Source: an archaeon (GTDB taxonomy: Archaea; Iainarchaeota; Iainarchaeia; Iainarchaeales; CSSED10-239). Taken from it: a stretch of DNA of 32,000 nt. Below the pieces are notes generated by a model, which had not been told where the DNA came from, did not search any database, and saw only the letters and a list, made by a program, of their open reading frames with translations. The stretch spans positions 1-32,000 of the forward strand of contig JBAWVI010000001.1 of the NCBI GenBank assembly GCA_037147375.1, given 5' to 3'. This document shows, in pieces, positions 8,910 to 17,055 of the stretch. Numbering within the stretch: position 1 is the first letter of the stretch; every line of letters starts with the position of its first letter. The position numbers were made by a program, and so were the translations under genes.

Positions 8910-8923
8910 ATCTTTTAAGCAAC
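8901..8923. terminator. 9-bp perfect inverted repeat (GTTGCTTAA / TTAAGCAAC, 5-nt loop) between convergent genes
   Basis: Read directly from the sequence. The left arm contains the pfdB stop codon. An AT/T-rich stretch follows. Function as a terminator is inferred. Confidence 0.4.
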
Positions 8924-8925
8924 AA

Positions 8926-9363
8926 CTATTTTAAATAAATAATCTTATTCCCATCTTTTATTTTCTTTTTCTTTGATTTTTTAATTAAATAGTGTATAGT
9001 TGATTTTGGAACTCCAAGCTTATCTGCAAGATCTCTATATGAATAATCCTTGTGCATCTCAACTATCTTTTGCATTTTATCTATTGGAATGTCGATTGGT
9101 CTTCCTTGTTCTGTCTTAATATAAAAATTTATTCCTTTATTCTTAATTATCTTCTTTGTTCCTTCAGATATTCTATCTCTTGTGGACTTAGAAACAGTCA
9201 TTACCTTTATCTTCTTACAAGACAAAAGAATCTTTTGCATATCCTTCTTTGAGATAGCAACAGTTAAATGTAATTCATCACAATCTTTGTTTATTGATTT
9301 AATTTTATTTATTGAATTTAAGCACTCTTTCATACTCTTTATCACACCTTTATTTTTGTCCAA
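8926..9363 (-). CDS. helix-turn-helix DNA-binding protein, family not recognised
   Basis: C-terminal YSYRDLADKLGVPKSTIHYLIKK is a classical HTH followed by a lysine tail. It is the only long ORF on this strand in this region. Confidence 0.6.
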   Translation of the reverse strand: MDKNKGVIKSMKECLNSINKIKSINKDCDELHLTVAISKKDMQKILLSCKKIKVMTVSKSTRDRISEGTKKIIKNKGINFYIKTEQGRPIDIPIDKMQKIVEMHKDYSYRDLADKLGVPKSTIHYLIKKSKKKKIKDGNKIIYLK

Positions 9364-9467
9364 GAAACATATCTACTTAATTATTACTTATTATCTAACT
9401 ACAATATATTTATAAATTATATTGTTTTCTATAATAATGTAATATATACTTAAGGTTAGAACTAACT

Positions 9468-11204
9468 ATGGAAGCTGCATTTTCATCATTTTTAATTTAC
9501 TTTTCAATAATTGTTTTATCAGCAACAGTTATGACTTATCTATTCAATAGATTACGTCAACCATCAATCTTAGCTTTTATCCTAACTGGAATATTAATTG
9601 GTCCAATAGCACTTGGTATTGTTCCTCATTCTCCAGAAATTACAATGCTTTCAAAGATTGGAATTGCTTTTCTATTATTCTCTGTTGGGCTTGGAACTGA
9701 TCTAAACAAACTAAAGAAACTAAACCTAACAGTGTTTGCGTTGCCAGTAATAAACATAGTTCTTACATTTATTTTATTAATTTTATTTAAGAATCTAATA
9801 GGGCTTAGCCTAATACAATCTTTATATTTATCTTTCATAATTTCTTTCTCCTCAACTATGCTTGTTGCTAAAATATTAATTGATAACTTTGAGATGGGAA
9901 CCTTTAATGCACAAATAAGCATAGGTATCTTGTTGGTTGAAGATCTAATTGCAATCCTTGCAATTCCAATCCTTGGAGATATATTAAATATTTCTTTTAT
10001 TCTTGTTCTTACAGTAATTTTTAAAGTTCTTATCTTAATAGCACTTGCTTACATTTTAAATAGATGGATATATCCAAGATTAATTAAGCACACCTTTAGA
10101 TCAACGCAAGGTTTTTTCCTTCTAACAATGGGTAGTTGTTTCTTATTTATCTTAATATCTCAATTACTTAAGTTTGATATCGCAGTTGGTGCATTCATTG
10201 GTGGTCTTGCAATTTCTATCTTTCCTTATAATCTTGAAATTTCAAACAACATTTCTGGAATTAGAAGTTTACTTTCAATGATTTTCTTTGTGTCTCTTGG
10301 TATGCAATTAACATTCCATTTTGAAAGTGGATATTTATTATTAATTATTCTTTTTGTAATGGTATTTGTTTTAAAACCATTAATACATTTTGTAATTCTT
10401 ATCTTTTCAGGATATGGAACAAGAATCTCAGTAACTAGTTCCCTTTACCTGGCACAAATATCTGAATTTTCTTTAATTCTTGCAATGCAAGGTCTATTAT
10501 TAAATCATTTAACTAGTGATCAATATTCTGCAATTGTTATTGTAACCTCTGTTTCAATGCTATTAACACCATACATAACAGAATACCATGATTCTCTTTA
10601 TAGATTCATTAAACCTTTACTTCATCATTTCAAGAAGAAGAAATATTATTCAAGAAAGATAGATAAGTTAAGCAATATTCCAGACAAGATTGAAAACCAT
10701 TTAATCTTAGTTGGTTCAGACGTTGTTGGTGATGCAATTTTAAAGGTTCTTTCAAGAGACAAGCACATACCAATAGTAATTATAGATCAAAATCCAGAAA
10801 AGATAGCTCCACTTGTTGCAAAGAAAATTAATTGTATTTGTGGAGATGTAACTAATGAAGAAATTATTCATTCAATGAACATAGATAAAGCAAGGCTTGT
10901 AGTTTCAACAATTCCAAGGTTTGATGTGACTATGAGATTACTAACTAAAGTTAAATCAATTAACCCTAAGCTTAAGTTTTATGCAAGAGCAAACACAAAT
11001 GAGCAAGCTCTTAAGTTATATGAAATGGGAGCAGACCTTGTAATCTTACCCCAGGTACCTGAATCAAACTTCCTTCTTGAGAAGATAAGTATATTTAATG
11101 ATGAGGTAGATAATAATAAAGTTGAAAATGCGTCTTTTATAAGAGGAGCATATGTAAGTTACTTGAAAAGAGAAGTAGAACAAGAAAAAAAAAAAAGAAA
11201 ATAA
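9468..11204 (+). CDS. CPA2-family monovalent cation:proton antiporter with C-terminal RCK/TrkA-N domain
   Basis: About 380 aa of multi-pass hydrophobic sequence (Kef/NapA-like) is followed by a Rossmann-like LILVGSDVVGDAILKVL...VVIIDQN...GDVTNEE segment. Confidence 0.85.
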   Translation: MEAAFSSFLIYFSIIVLSATVMTYLFNRLRQPSILAFILTGILIGPIALGIVPHSPEITMLSKIGIAFLLFSVGLGTDLNKLKKLNLTVFALPVINIVLTFILLILFKNLIGLSLIQSLYLSFIISFSSTMLVAKILIDNFEMGTFNAQISIGILLVEDLIAILAIPILGDILNISFILVLTVIFKVLILIALAYILNRWIYPRLIKHTFRSTQGFFLLTMGSCFLFILISQLLKFDIAVGAFIGGLAISIFPYNLEISNNISGIRSLLSMIFFVSLGMQLTFHFESGYLLLIILFVMVFVLKPLIHFVILIFSGYGTRISVTSSLYLAQISEFSLILAMQGLLLNHLTSDQYSAIVIVTSVSMLLTPYITEYHDSLYRFIKPLLHHFKKKKYYSRKIDKLSNIPDKIENHLILVGSDVVGDAILKVLSRDKHIPIVIIDQNPEKIAPLVAKKINCICGDVTNEEIIHSMNIDKARLVVSTIPRFDVTMRLLTKVKSINPKLKFYARANTNEQALKLYEMGADLVILPQVPESNFLLEKISIFNDEVDNNKVENASFIRGAYVSYLKREVEQEKKKRK

Positions 11205-11236
11205 TATTTTATTAAAAATTAATGGAGTGATTTAAA

Positions 11237-12304
11237 ATGCAAAAAATAAATATTAAAGATAAAATGGGATTGAAATTTACTGATGCACAGGAATTCATTA
11301 GCGCCGTTGTTAGTAATCCAAAAATATTAACAATGACTGGTCTTATGTTTATTGGGGCTAAGCAATTATCTGCTCAAGAACTTGTTGGAATAAGAGATTT
11401 ATCAATTACTCCTCTTACAGAACCTACAGGCCACTCAATACACACAAACACATTCTTTTTACAAAATCTAGATAATAAATCTCAAGATTTCTTACAACAA
11501 TCAATAGAATATAGATATGGTGGAGAATTTACTGGAAAGAAGCTCGCTGGAAATTATAATGTAGGTGTTGAAGTTGGATCAAATAATTTTATGATAAATA
11601 AAAAATTAGTTTCTGATAAATTATTTGAACAAATTCATTTAGTTTTAGGTTTATCAAAGATATTTAATACTCCGTTAACTGTTAATCTTGGTTATTCTCA
11701 AAAGTTTGGAAACTATTATTTTGATGGAATGCAATTAACTGGTAACGTAAAAGCTGGAAAATCAGGAACTGGTGGAGTACTTAATATAAAAAACGGAAAA
11801 ATAACTTCTTATGAAGGAATACAAGAAATAACTTTCGGAAAGAAGTTTACTGGTGCATTAAGATTTTATAATGAAGCTGGTAAAAACATGAAAGATGCAT
11901 ATTACAATGTTTATGGAATTGTAGATATGAGTTCTTCAAAATATGTTTTTGTTCCATATCTTTCAGCAGCAGCAACCAAAGATAGTTTAATGAAAGGAAA
12001 AATAGATTATAATTTAGGTATCTTCTTTAAACCATTAACTGGTAAACAAAAAGGAAGGTTCTACGCATATGCAGAGGTTGGAGTAAACAAGGGTGGAAAA
12101 TGGAGTTTCTTTACAAGACTTAATTATAGATTAACAACTCCTGCTCCAAAAGTTTCAAAAGATGCAATGTTAAAAGATGCATATGAGAAAGAAGTAAAAA
12201 CAAAAGATAAAGCAATTAAAGAAAAACTAATAACTCAGAAGAAGGCAGTAGAAAGAAAAAGTATATTTAAAGCAAGAAATAACTTAAGACCAAGAGCAAG
12301 ATAA
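11237..12304 (+). CDS. hypothetical Gly/aromatic-rich beta-strand protein with K-rich C-terminal extension ending KARNNLRPRAR
   Basis: RBS aatGGAGTGAtttaaaATG. Hydrophobic segment ILTMTGLMFIGA near the N-terminus. Alternating hydrophobic/polar stretches such as RFYAYAEVGVNKGGKWSFFTRLNYRL. Confidence 0.65.
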   Translation: MQKINIKDKMGLKFTDAQEFISAVVSNPKILTMTGLMFIGAKQLSAQELVGIRDLSITPLTEPTGHSIHTNTFFLQNLDNKSQDFLQQSIEYRYGGEFTGKKLAGNYNVGVEVGSNNFMINKKLVSDKLFEQIHLVLGLSKIFNTPLTVNLGYSQKFGNYYFDGMQLTGNVKAGKSGTGGVLNIKNGKITSYEGIQEITFGKKFTGALRFYNEAGKNMKDAYYNVYGIVDMSSSKYVFVPYLSAAATKDSLMKGKIDYNLGIFFKPLTGKQKGRFYAYAEVGVNKGGKWSFFTRLNYRLTTPAPKVSKDAMLKDAYEKEVKTKDKAIKEKLITQKKAVERKSIFKARNNLRPRAR

Positions 12305-12331
12305 ATATTAAATTAAGAAGGAGATGAATTT

Positions 12332-12925
12332 ATGAAAACAAGTAGTGCAATTAAATATGGAATTGCAGGATTAACATCTGTTGCAATTATTTATGGAATT
12401 AATAAATGTGATACAGCTGTAAATAAAAGTGTAGATGCTACTGAAATGGTAAATAAATTTGCGGTTAAATCATTAATAGATACATTTAATATTAAATTAA
12501 ATAAAGAAGATAGTACTTTATTTTCAAATTATATAAAAGAATTTACATCTCAGGACTTTGTAAAAGGAAGAATATCTGATTTATATAAAATTGGTAGAGA
12601 TACAAACCTATTAACTGCATATAATCCAAGAAATCCATTAGGTGAACATAGAGATATAATTTTAAGAAATATAGCTAATTTATTAGTTATTAATTCAACT
12701 CTATTTTCTGAAAAACTAGATAGTATGAATTCACTATTAGTAAAAAGATTAAGTAAATATCCAGAATATAATAAATTTCAAAAACATTGGAACATAACTG
12801 TTGAAAAAGAAGGATATGGTAAATTATTTTCAAAGAAATATATTCCAACAAAAGAAATACATAAATCAAAGCCGATTCTTAAAAAGCCAATTGCAAAAGC
12901 AAGAAACAACTTAAGACCAAGATAA
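12332..12925 (+). CDS. hypothetical N-terminally anchored or secreted protein ending KARNNLRPR
   Basis: RBS aAGGAGAtgaatttATG. N-terminal hydrophobic segment (IAGLTSVAIIYGI). C-terminal 9 aa identical to the tail of the upstream gene. Confidence 0.65.
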   Translation: MKTSSAIKYGIAGLTSVAIIYGINKCDTAVNKSVDATEMVNKFAVKSLIDTFNIKLNKEDSTLFSNYIKEFTSQDFVKGRISDLYKIGRDTNLLTAYNPRNPLGEHRDIILRNIANLLVINSTLFSEKLDSMNSLLVKRLSKYPEYNKFQKHWNITVEKEGYGKLFSKKYIPTKEIHKSKPILKKPIAKARNNLRPR

Positions 12926-12960
12926 GTTTATACTTATCTTCTTTCTCTTTCTTTTTTTCT
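12921..12960 (+). terminator. stem-loop (GATAAGT tTAt ACTTATC) followed by a pyrimidine/T7 tract
   Basis: A 7-bp inverted repeat at 12921-12938 includes the stop codon. A T7 run lies at 12952-12958. Oligo-T is the known archaeal termination signal. Confidence 0.5.
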
Positions 12961-13007
12961 TTACTCTTATTTTTAAACCTTTTGTAAACTAATTTATTTT
13001 GATTATT

Positions 13008-13580
13008 ATGCATATACTAATTTGTGGATTTTCTGGTTCTGGTAAAAGCTACCTTGCTGAAAACCTTGGTAAAAGACTTAAAGGATACAAAGTTGTTCAC
13101 TCATCAGCCATCTTCAAACAACTTCAAGCTAAACAAAAAATTGATTCATCTAAAACAAAAATGAATAAAGGATGGTATGAATTTTCTAATTTCACAGAAA
13201 AAAGAAAGAAAGATGAATCTCTTGATAGAAATCTTGATAAATATCTTCTAGAGCTTATAAAAAAAGAAGACAACATAATTATTGATTCTTGGACTCTTCC
13301 ATACCTAACAAAGAAAGGAATAAGAATATGGCTTATTGCAGGAAAGGAAGAAAGAGCAAAGAGACTATCATTAAGAGATAAAATATCCTATAAAGAAGCA
13401 ATTGAAGTTGTTAAAAAGAAAGATGCATTCTCAATTAAACAATATAAGAAGCTTTATGGATTTAAGTTCGGAACTAACATAAGAACTACTTTTGATTATA
13501 GAATAAACACAAACAAGCTAGATATTCCTGGAGTTTGCGATGAAGCATATAGATTAATTAAAAATAAATTAAAAAAATAA
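13008..13580 (+). CDS. cmk: P-loop nucleoside monophosphate kinase, archaeal cytidylate kinase-like
   Basis: Walker A GFSGSGKS at the N-terminus. ERAKRLSLRDKISYKEAIEVVKKKDAFSIKQYKKLYGF parallels the archaeal CMP kinase pattern (R...R.G.s.eEa...i..RD.....Y...YG). ATG 13008 is preferred over the TTG at 12999. Confidence 0.6.
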   Translation: MHILICGFSGSGKSYLAENLGKRLKGYKVVHSSAIFKQLQAKQKIDSSKTKMNKGWYEFSNFTEKRKKDESLDRNLDKYLLELIKKEDNIIIDSWTLPYLTKKGIRIWLIAGKEERAKRLSLRDKISYKEAIEVVKKKDAFSIKQYKKLYGFKFGTNIRTTFDYRINTNKLDIPGVCDEAYRLIKNKLKK

Positions 13581-13587
13581 ATAAGAT

Positions 13588-14436
13588 TTATTCTCTTCTT
13601 CTTTCAAGTTCTTTAACTACTTCTTCACTTGTTTTATATTTTCCTAAAATGTTTTCTTTATGCATGCTTGTTCCATGAAAATCAGATCCTGCAGTTTCAA
13701 TAAGATCAAGATCCTTGCAAACATCTCTTATTATTTGCATGAATTCATGACTTTCTTCCTTAAGTTCTTGAGGAATAGGACCTCTTGTTTCAACCCCACA
13801 TAAGCCATGCTTTGATAACTTAACTATGAGATTTTCTATTCCTTCCTTTTGATCATGTCTTAATAACCATGGATGAGGAAGAATTGCGACTCCACCAGCA
13901 ATCTTAATTGTCTCAATAATCTTCTTTGCTTTTATTGGTTCAGTATCAAGTCTTACTCTAATCTTCTTAAAATATTTATTATAAATCTCTTGTGTACTTG
14001 TTCCATATCCTTTGTTAATTAAAACTTCAGCAAGATGTGGAGCCATAACTTGATGATAATGCATTTTCTTTGCATGTTCTTCAACTTCTTCCATATCAAC
14101 ATCAACATTTAGGTCAGCTAGGCCTTCAATTCTTCTTTTTAGGTGCTCAAGCTTTGTTTTTTGATTAGCCTCAAGAAGAGAACAAAGTTCAGGTGACTTA
14201 TGATCTATAAAATATCCAAGTATCTCTAAACCAAATCCTTGAATCTCAACTCCAGGAATAAATTCCATCTCAATTTCCTTAGCATGCTTGATTGCTTCTT
14301 GCAAACCAAATACAGAATCATGATCAGTTATAGATATTCCAGATAAGCCTTCAGCTTTAGCAAGATCTAAAAGTTTCTTTGGAGTATATACCCCATCAGA
14401 ATAAGTTGAATGTGTGTGAAGATCAAAATATTTCAT
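13588..14436 (-). CDS. PHP-domain metal-dependent phosphoesterase
   Basis: N-terminal DLHTHSTYSDG...ISITDHD and C-terminal GSDFHG are PHP family motifs. Confidence 0.85.
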   Translation of the reverse strand: MKYFDLHTHSTYSDGVYTPKKLLDLAKAEGLSGISITDHDSVFGLQEAIKHAKEIEMEFIPGVEIQGFGLEILGYFIDHKSPELCSLLEANQKTKLEHLKRRIEGLADLNVDVDMEEVEEHAKKMHYHQVMAPHLAEVLINKGYGTSTQEIYNKYFKKIRVRLDTEPIKAKKIIETIKIAGGVAILPHPWLLRHDQKEGIENLIVKLSKHGLCGVETRGPIPQELKEESHEFMQIIRDVCKDLDLIETAGSDFHGTSMHKENILGKYKTSEEVVKELERRRE

Positions 14437-14458
14437 TTTTTGTTCCTTCTAAACTTAT

Positions 14459-14668
14459 TTATTGCATTGTTTTAGTTGCAAGCTTAATATCTTCACCAGT
14501 AACTGTTTTTCTTTTAGCGTGAAGTGCAAGTTCGATTGCTTGTTTTGAAATATCTTGTGCAACTTCTCCTAATATCTTTGATAATTCTTCTGCAGCATCC
14601 TCTGAAACTCTTTCAGCACCTGCTTTTCTAATAAGTCTGTCTACAGCAGCGATTGGTAATTCACTCAT
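14459..14668 (-). CDS. archaeal histone (HMf family)
   Basis: 69 aa. ELPIAAVDRLIRKAGAERVSEDAAEEL...HAKRKTVTGEDIKLA is collinear with HMfA/B. Confidence 0.95.
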   Translation of the reverse strand: MSELPIAAVDRLIRKAGAERVSEDAAEELSKILGEVAQDISKQAIELALHAKRKTVTGEDIKLATKTMQ

Positions 14669-14673
14669 AAATA

Positions 14674-14680
14674 CTCCTCC
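14674..14680 (-). promoter_or_regulatory. Shine-Dalgarno site GGAGGAG for the histone gene
   Basis: The reverse complement of ctcctcc lies 5 nt upstream of the histone ATG. Confidence 0.6.
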
Positions 14681-14855
14681 AATTTAAAAATTAGCTTAAT
14701 ATATATCTTATTTACCAGAAATCCTTTTAAATTAATCTATTTTCAAAAATAAAGCGTTTTTAACGATTTTTTTCATTTATTATAAAATGTTAATGAATAT
14801 ATATATTTCTATACACTACATCTATATAAGTTTATTAAACTATAAGCGTGATTAA

Positions 14856-15755
14856 ATGGTTTTACAAGATTCTATTCTTTTACAAATAAGTCAAAAGCAA
14901 ACAAATTATAATGATCTTTTACTTAGAATGACACCAAACTATAAATCAAGTGATTCTGCAAAAGCTGCTCTTTCTCGTGCTTTAAAAAATCTAATTTCTT
15001 TTGGAGAGATTGAAAAAAAAGAAGAACTATATATTTTAACTGAAAAAGGAAAACATACAGTTGATTCAAAATTAAAGAACAAGATACTAATAGTTATTAA
15101 TGATTTATTATCTAAATCAAAAAAAGCAAATTCTCTTCAGTATATAGATGACATTATTAAAAATATACAAGTGTTTATTGAAAAATCAAAAACTGATCCA
15201 TCATTAATTAAGGTTGCTAAAACAAGTTCAACCTTTTATATTTCTGATCTTAATTATTTAAAGGAAGATATTGAAAATAAAGTAACTCATTATCATCATC
15301 TTTTAGAAATTCTTCAAAAGCAAATAAACATACTTCAGGAAGAAAACTTTGAGGACTTTTATTCAATTAACTTAGATGAAAATGCTTTCTTCCATGTTGA
15401 AAACTTTTGTAAAATAAATAATCTAACAGACATAACTATTGATTGTGATAAGGATAGTCCTGAAACAATTCTTTTATTTGTGAAAAATTCAAAATTCACA
15501 AGAAAATCAGATTATGTTTTTTCAACATCAATTATCAATATGCCTGAGCTTAAAAATATATTACTTTCAAATTTTGAAAATACAATTCAAGCAAAATTTA
15601 AGATTTATTTAAATGATATACTTATTAAAACTAGTTTTGGTAAACTTTATTTCTTTGGTCCTTATAACCTTATTTCAAAGATTAAGGATGAAATTAATAA
15701 GAAAGAAGAAATTAAGAAGGAAGAACCAATAAAAACAACTAAGAAAAAGAAATAA
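14856..15755 (+). CDS. hypothetical protein with N-terminal winged-helix-like segment
   Basis: N-terminus (YNDLLLRM...AKAALSRALKNLISFGEIEKKEELYILTEKG) resembles a wHTH, followed by a coiled coil, an unrecognised C-terminal domain and a K-rich tail. Confidence 0.6.
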   Translation: MVLQDSILLQISQKQTNYNDLLLRMTPNYKSSDSAKAALSRALKNLISFGEIEKKEELYILTEKGKHTVDSKLKNKILIVINDLLSKSKKANSLQYIDDIIKNIQVFIEKSKTDPSLIKVAKTSSTFYISDLNYLKEDIENKVTHYHHLLEILQKQINILQEENFEDFYSINLDENAFFHVENFCKINNLTDITIDCDKDSPETILLFVKNSKFTRKSDYVFSTSIINMPELKNILLSNFENTIQAKFKIYLNDILIKTSFGKLYFFGPYNLISKIKDEINKKEEIKKEEPIKTTKKKK

Positions 15756-15756
15756 T

Positions 15757-16368
15757 ATGAATAAAATAAAAACTCCAAGATCTAGATGTAATCTATTAAT
15801 TCCAGCAATTATTAGTTTATTTTTATTTATTATTTTATTATTATTAGTTAGTCTTGGATTAACAAATAGTGTTGATCAAAGTATAAGCTATTTTTTTATT
15901 AGTATTCAAACAAATCTACTAGTTTCAATCTTTATTTTAATAACTTCAATATGTTCAACTATAGGTATTGTAGTTGTTGGAATTGTGATTGCAATTTATT
16001 TTTATTTATTAAATAAATTAAAAGATCTTAAAACCATAGTTCTTTTAGTATTTACTGAATTAATATTTGTTTATATAATTAAACATATAATTTCGAGAAC
16101 TAGACCTGTTAATGAAATAATCCAGCAAACAAACTTTAGTTTTCCAAGCGGGCATGCAGCAATATCAATTGTGTTGTTTGGTTTTTTAGTAGTATTCTTC
16201 TGGAATAGAAAAAGATACGTTAGTTATTTGCTTGGTATCTTAATTTTATTAATTGGATTTTCAAGAATTTATCTAAATGTACATTGGTTAACTGATGTGA
16301 TTGGTGGATATCTTATAGGAAGTACAATATTATTATTTGGATTATATTTTTTAAAAAGAATTAAATGA
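15757..16368 (+). CDS. PAP2-family membrane phosphatase (undecaprenyl/dolichyl pyrophosphate phosphatase-like)
   Basis: The three PAP2 motifs are present in a multi-pass membrane protein: KHIISRTRP, PSGH and SRIYLNVHWLTD. Confidence 0.85.
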   Translation: MNKIKTPRSRCNLLIPAIISLFLFIILLLLVSLGLTNSVDQSISYFFISIQTNLLVSIFILITSICSTIGIVVVGIVIAIYFYLLNKLKDLKTIVLLVFTELIFVYIIKHIISRTRPVNEIIQQTNFSFPSGHAAISIVLFGFLVVFFWNRKRYVSYLLGILILLIGFSRIYLNVHWLTDVIGGYLIGSTILLFGLYFLKRIK

Positions 16369-16379
16369 GGTAATTAATT

Positions 16380-17042
16380 ATGAAGATTAGATATTTTGGG
16401 CATGCTTGTTTTGCATTTAATGATAAAGAAGTAAATGTTCTAATAGATCCATTCATTTCTGGTAATCCTTTATTATCACCAGGTTCATTTGATATAATTC
16501 CAGATCTAATTTTAGTTTCTCATGATCACCCAGATCACATAGGGGATACAATATCTCTTGCAAGAAGAACAAATTGTAGTGTATTGTGTGTTTATGATCT
16601 AGGAGCTGAACTTGCAAGATCTGGTTTGTCTGTGATTGGTGGAAATATTGGAGGAACCATGGATTACAAGCACATAAAAATAACTTATGTTAAAGCAGAA
16701 CATACTTCAAAGACAGGTGTTCCTGTTGGATATGTAATTAAATTTTCAGATCACGTAATATATTTTGCTGGAGACACAGCAATTATGGCAGATATGAAAT
16801 TAATTAAAGAACTATATCATCCAGATATTGTAATACTCCCAATTGATGGATATTATAATATGGGTCCATATGAAGCAAGTCACGCAGTAAGATTACTTGA
16901 GCCAAAAATTGTGATTCCTATGCACTATGGGACTTTTCCTTTACTTAAAGGAACCCCAGATGAATTAATCCAAGAAATTAAAAAACAAAATCTAGATGTT
17001 AAAGTAATTGTATTTAATATAAATGAACAAAAAGAAATTTAA
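16380..17042 (+). CDS. MBL-fold metal-dependent hydrolase (UPF0173-like)
   Basis: MKIRYFGHACF...LIDPF...VSHDHPDHIGD...FAGDT...PMHYGTFP. Confidence 0.8.
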   Translation: MKIRYFGHACFAFNDKEVNVLIDPFISGNPLLSPGSFDIIPDLILVSHDHPDHIGDTISLARRTNCSVLCVYDLGAELARSGLSVIGGNIGGTMDYKHIKITYVKAEHTSKTGVPVGYVIKFSDHVIYFAGDTAIMADMKLIKELYHPDIVILPIDGYYNMGPYEASHAVRLLEPKIVIPMHYGTFPLLKGTPDELIQEIKKQNLDVKVIVFNINEQKEI

Positions 17043-17055
17043 TGGATGAATAAAT

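Noticed and set aside
13576-13592. AATAAAT/ATTTATT inverted repeat between the cmk-like gene and the PHP gene, and AAAA/TTTT around 29360-29371.
   Set aside because: These are pure A/T stems of 7 bp or less formed by the two facing stop codons. They are expected by chance at this base composition.
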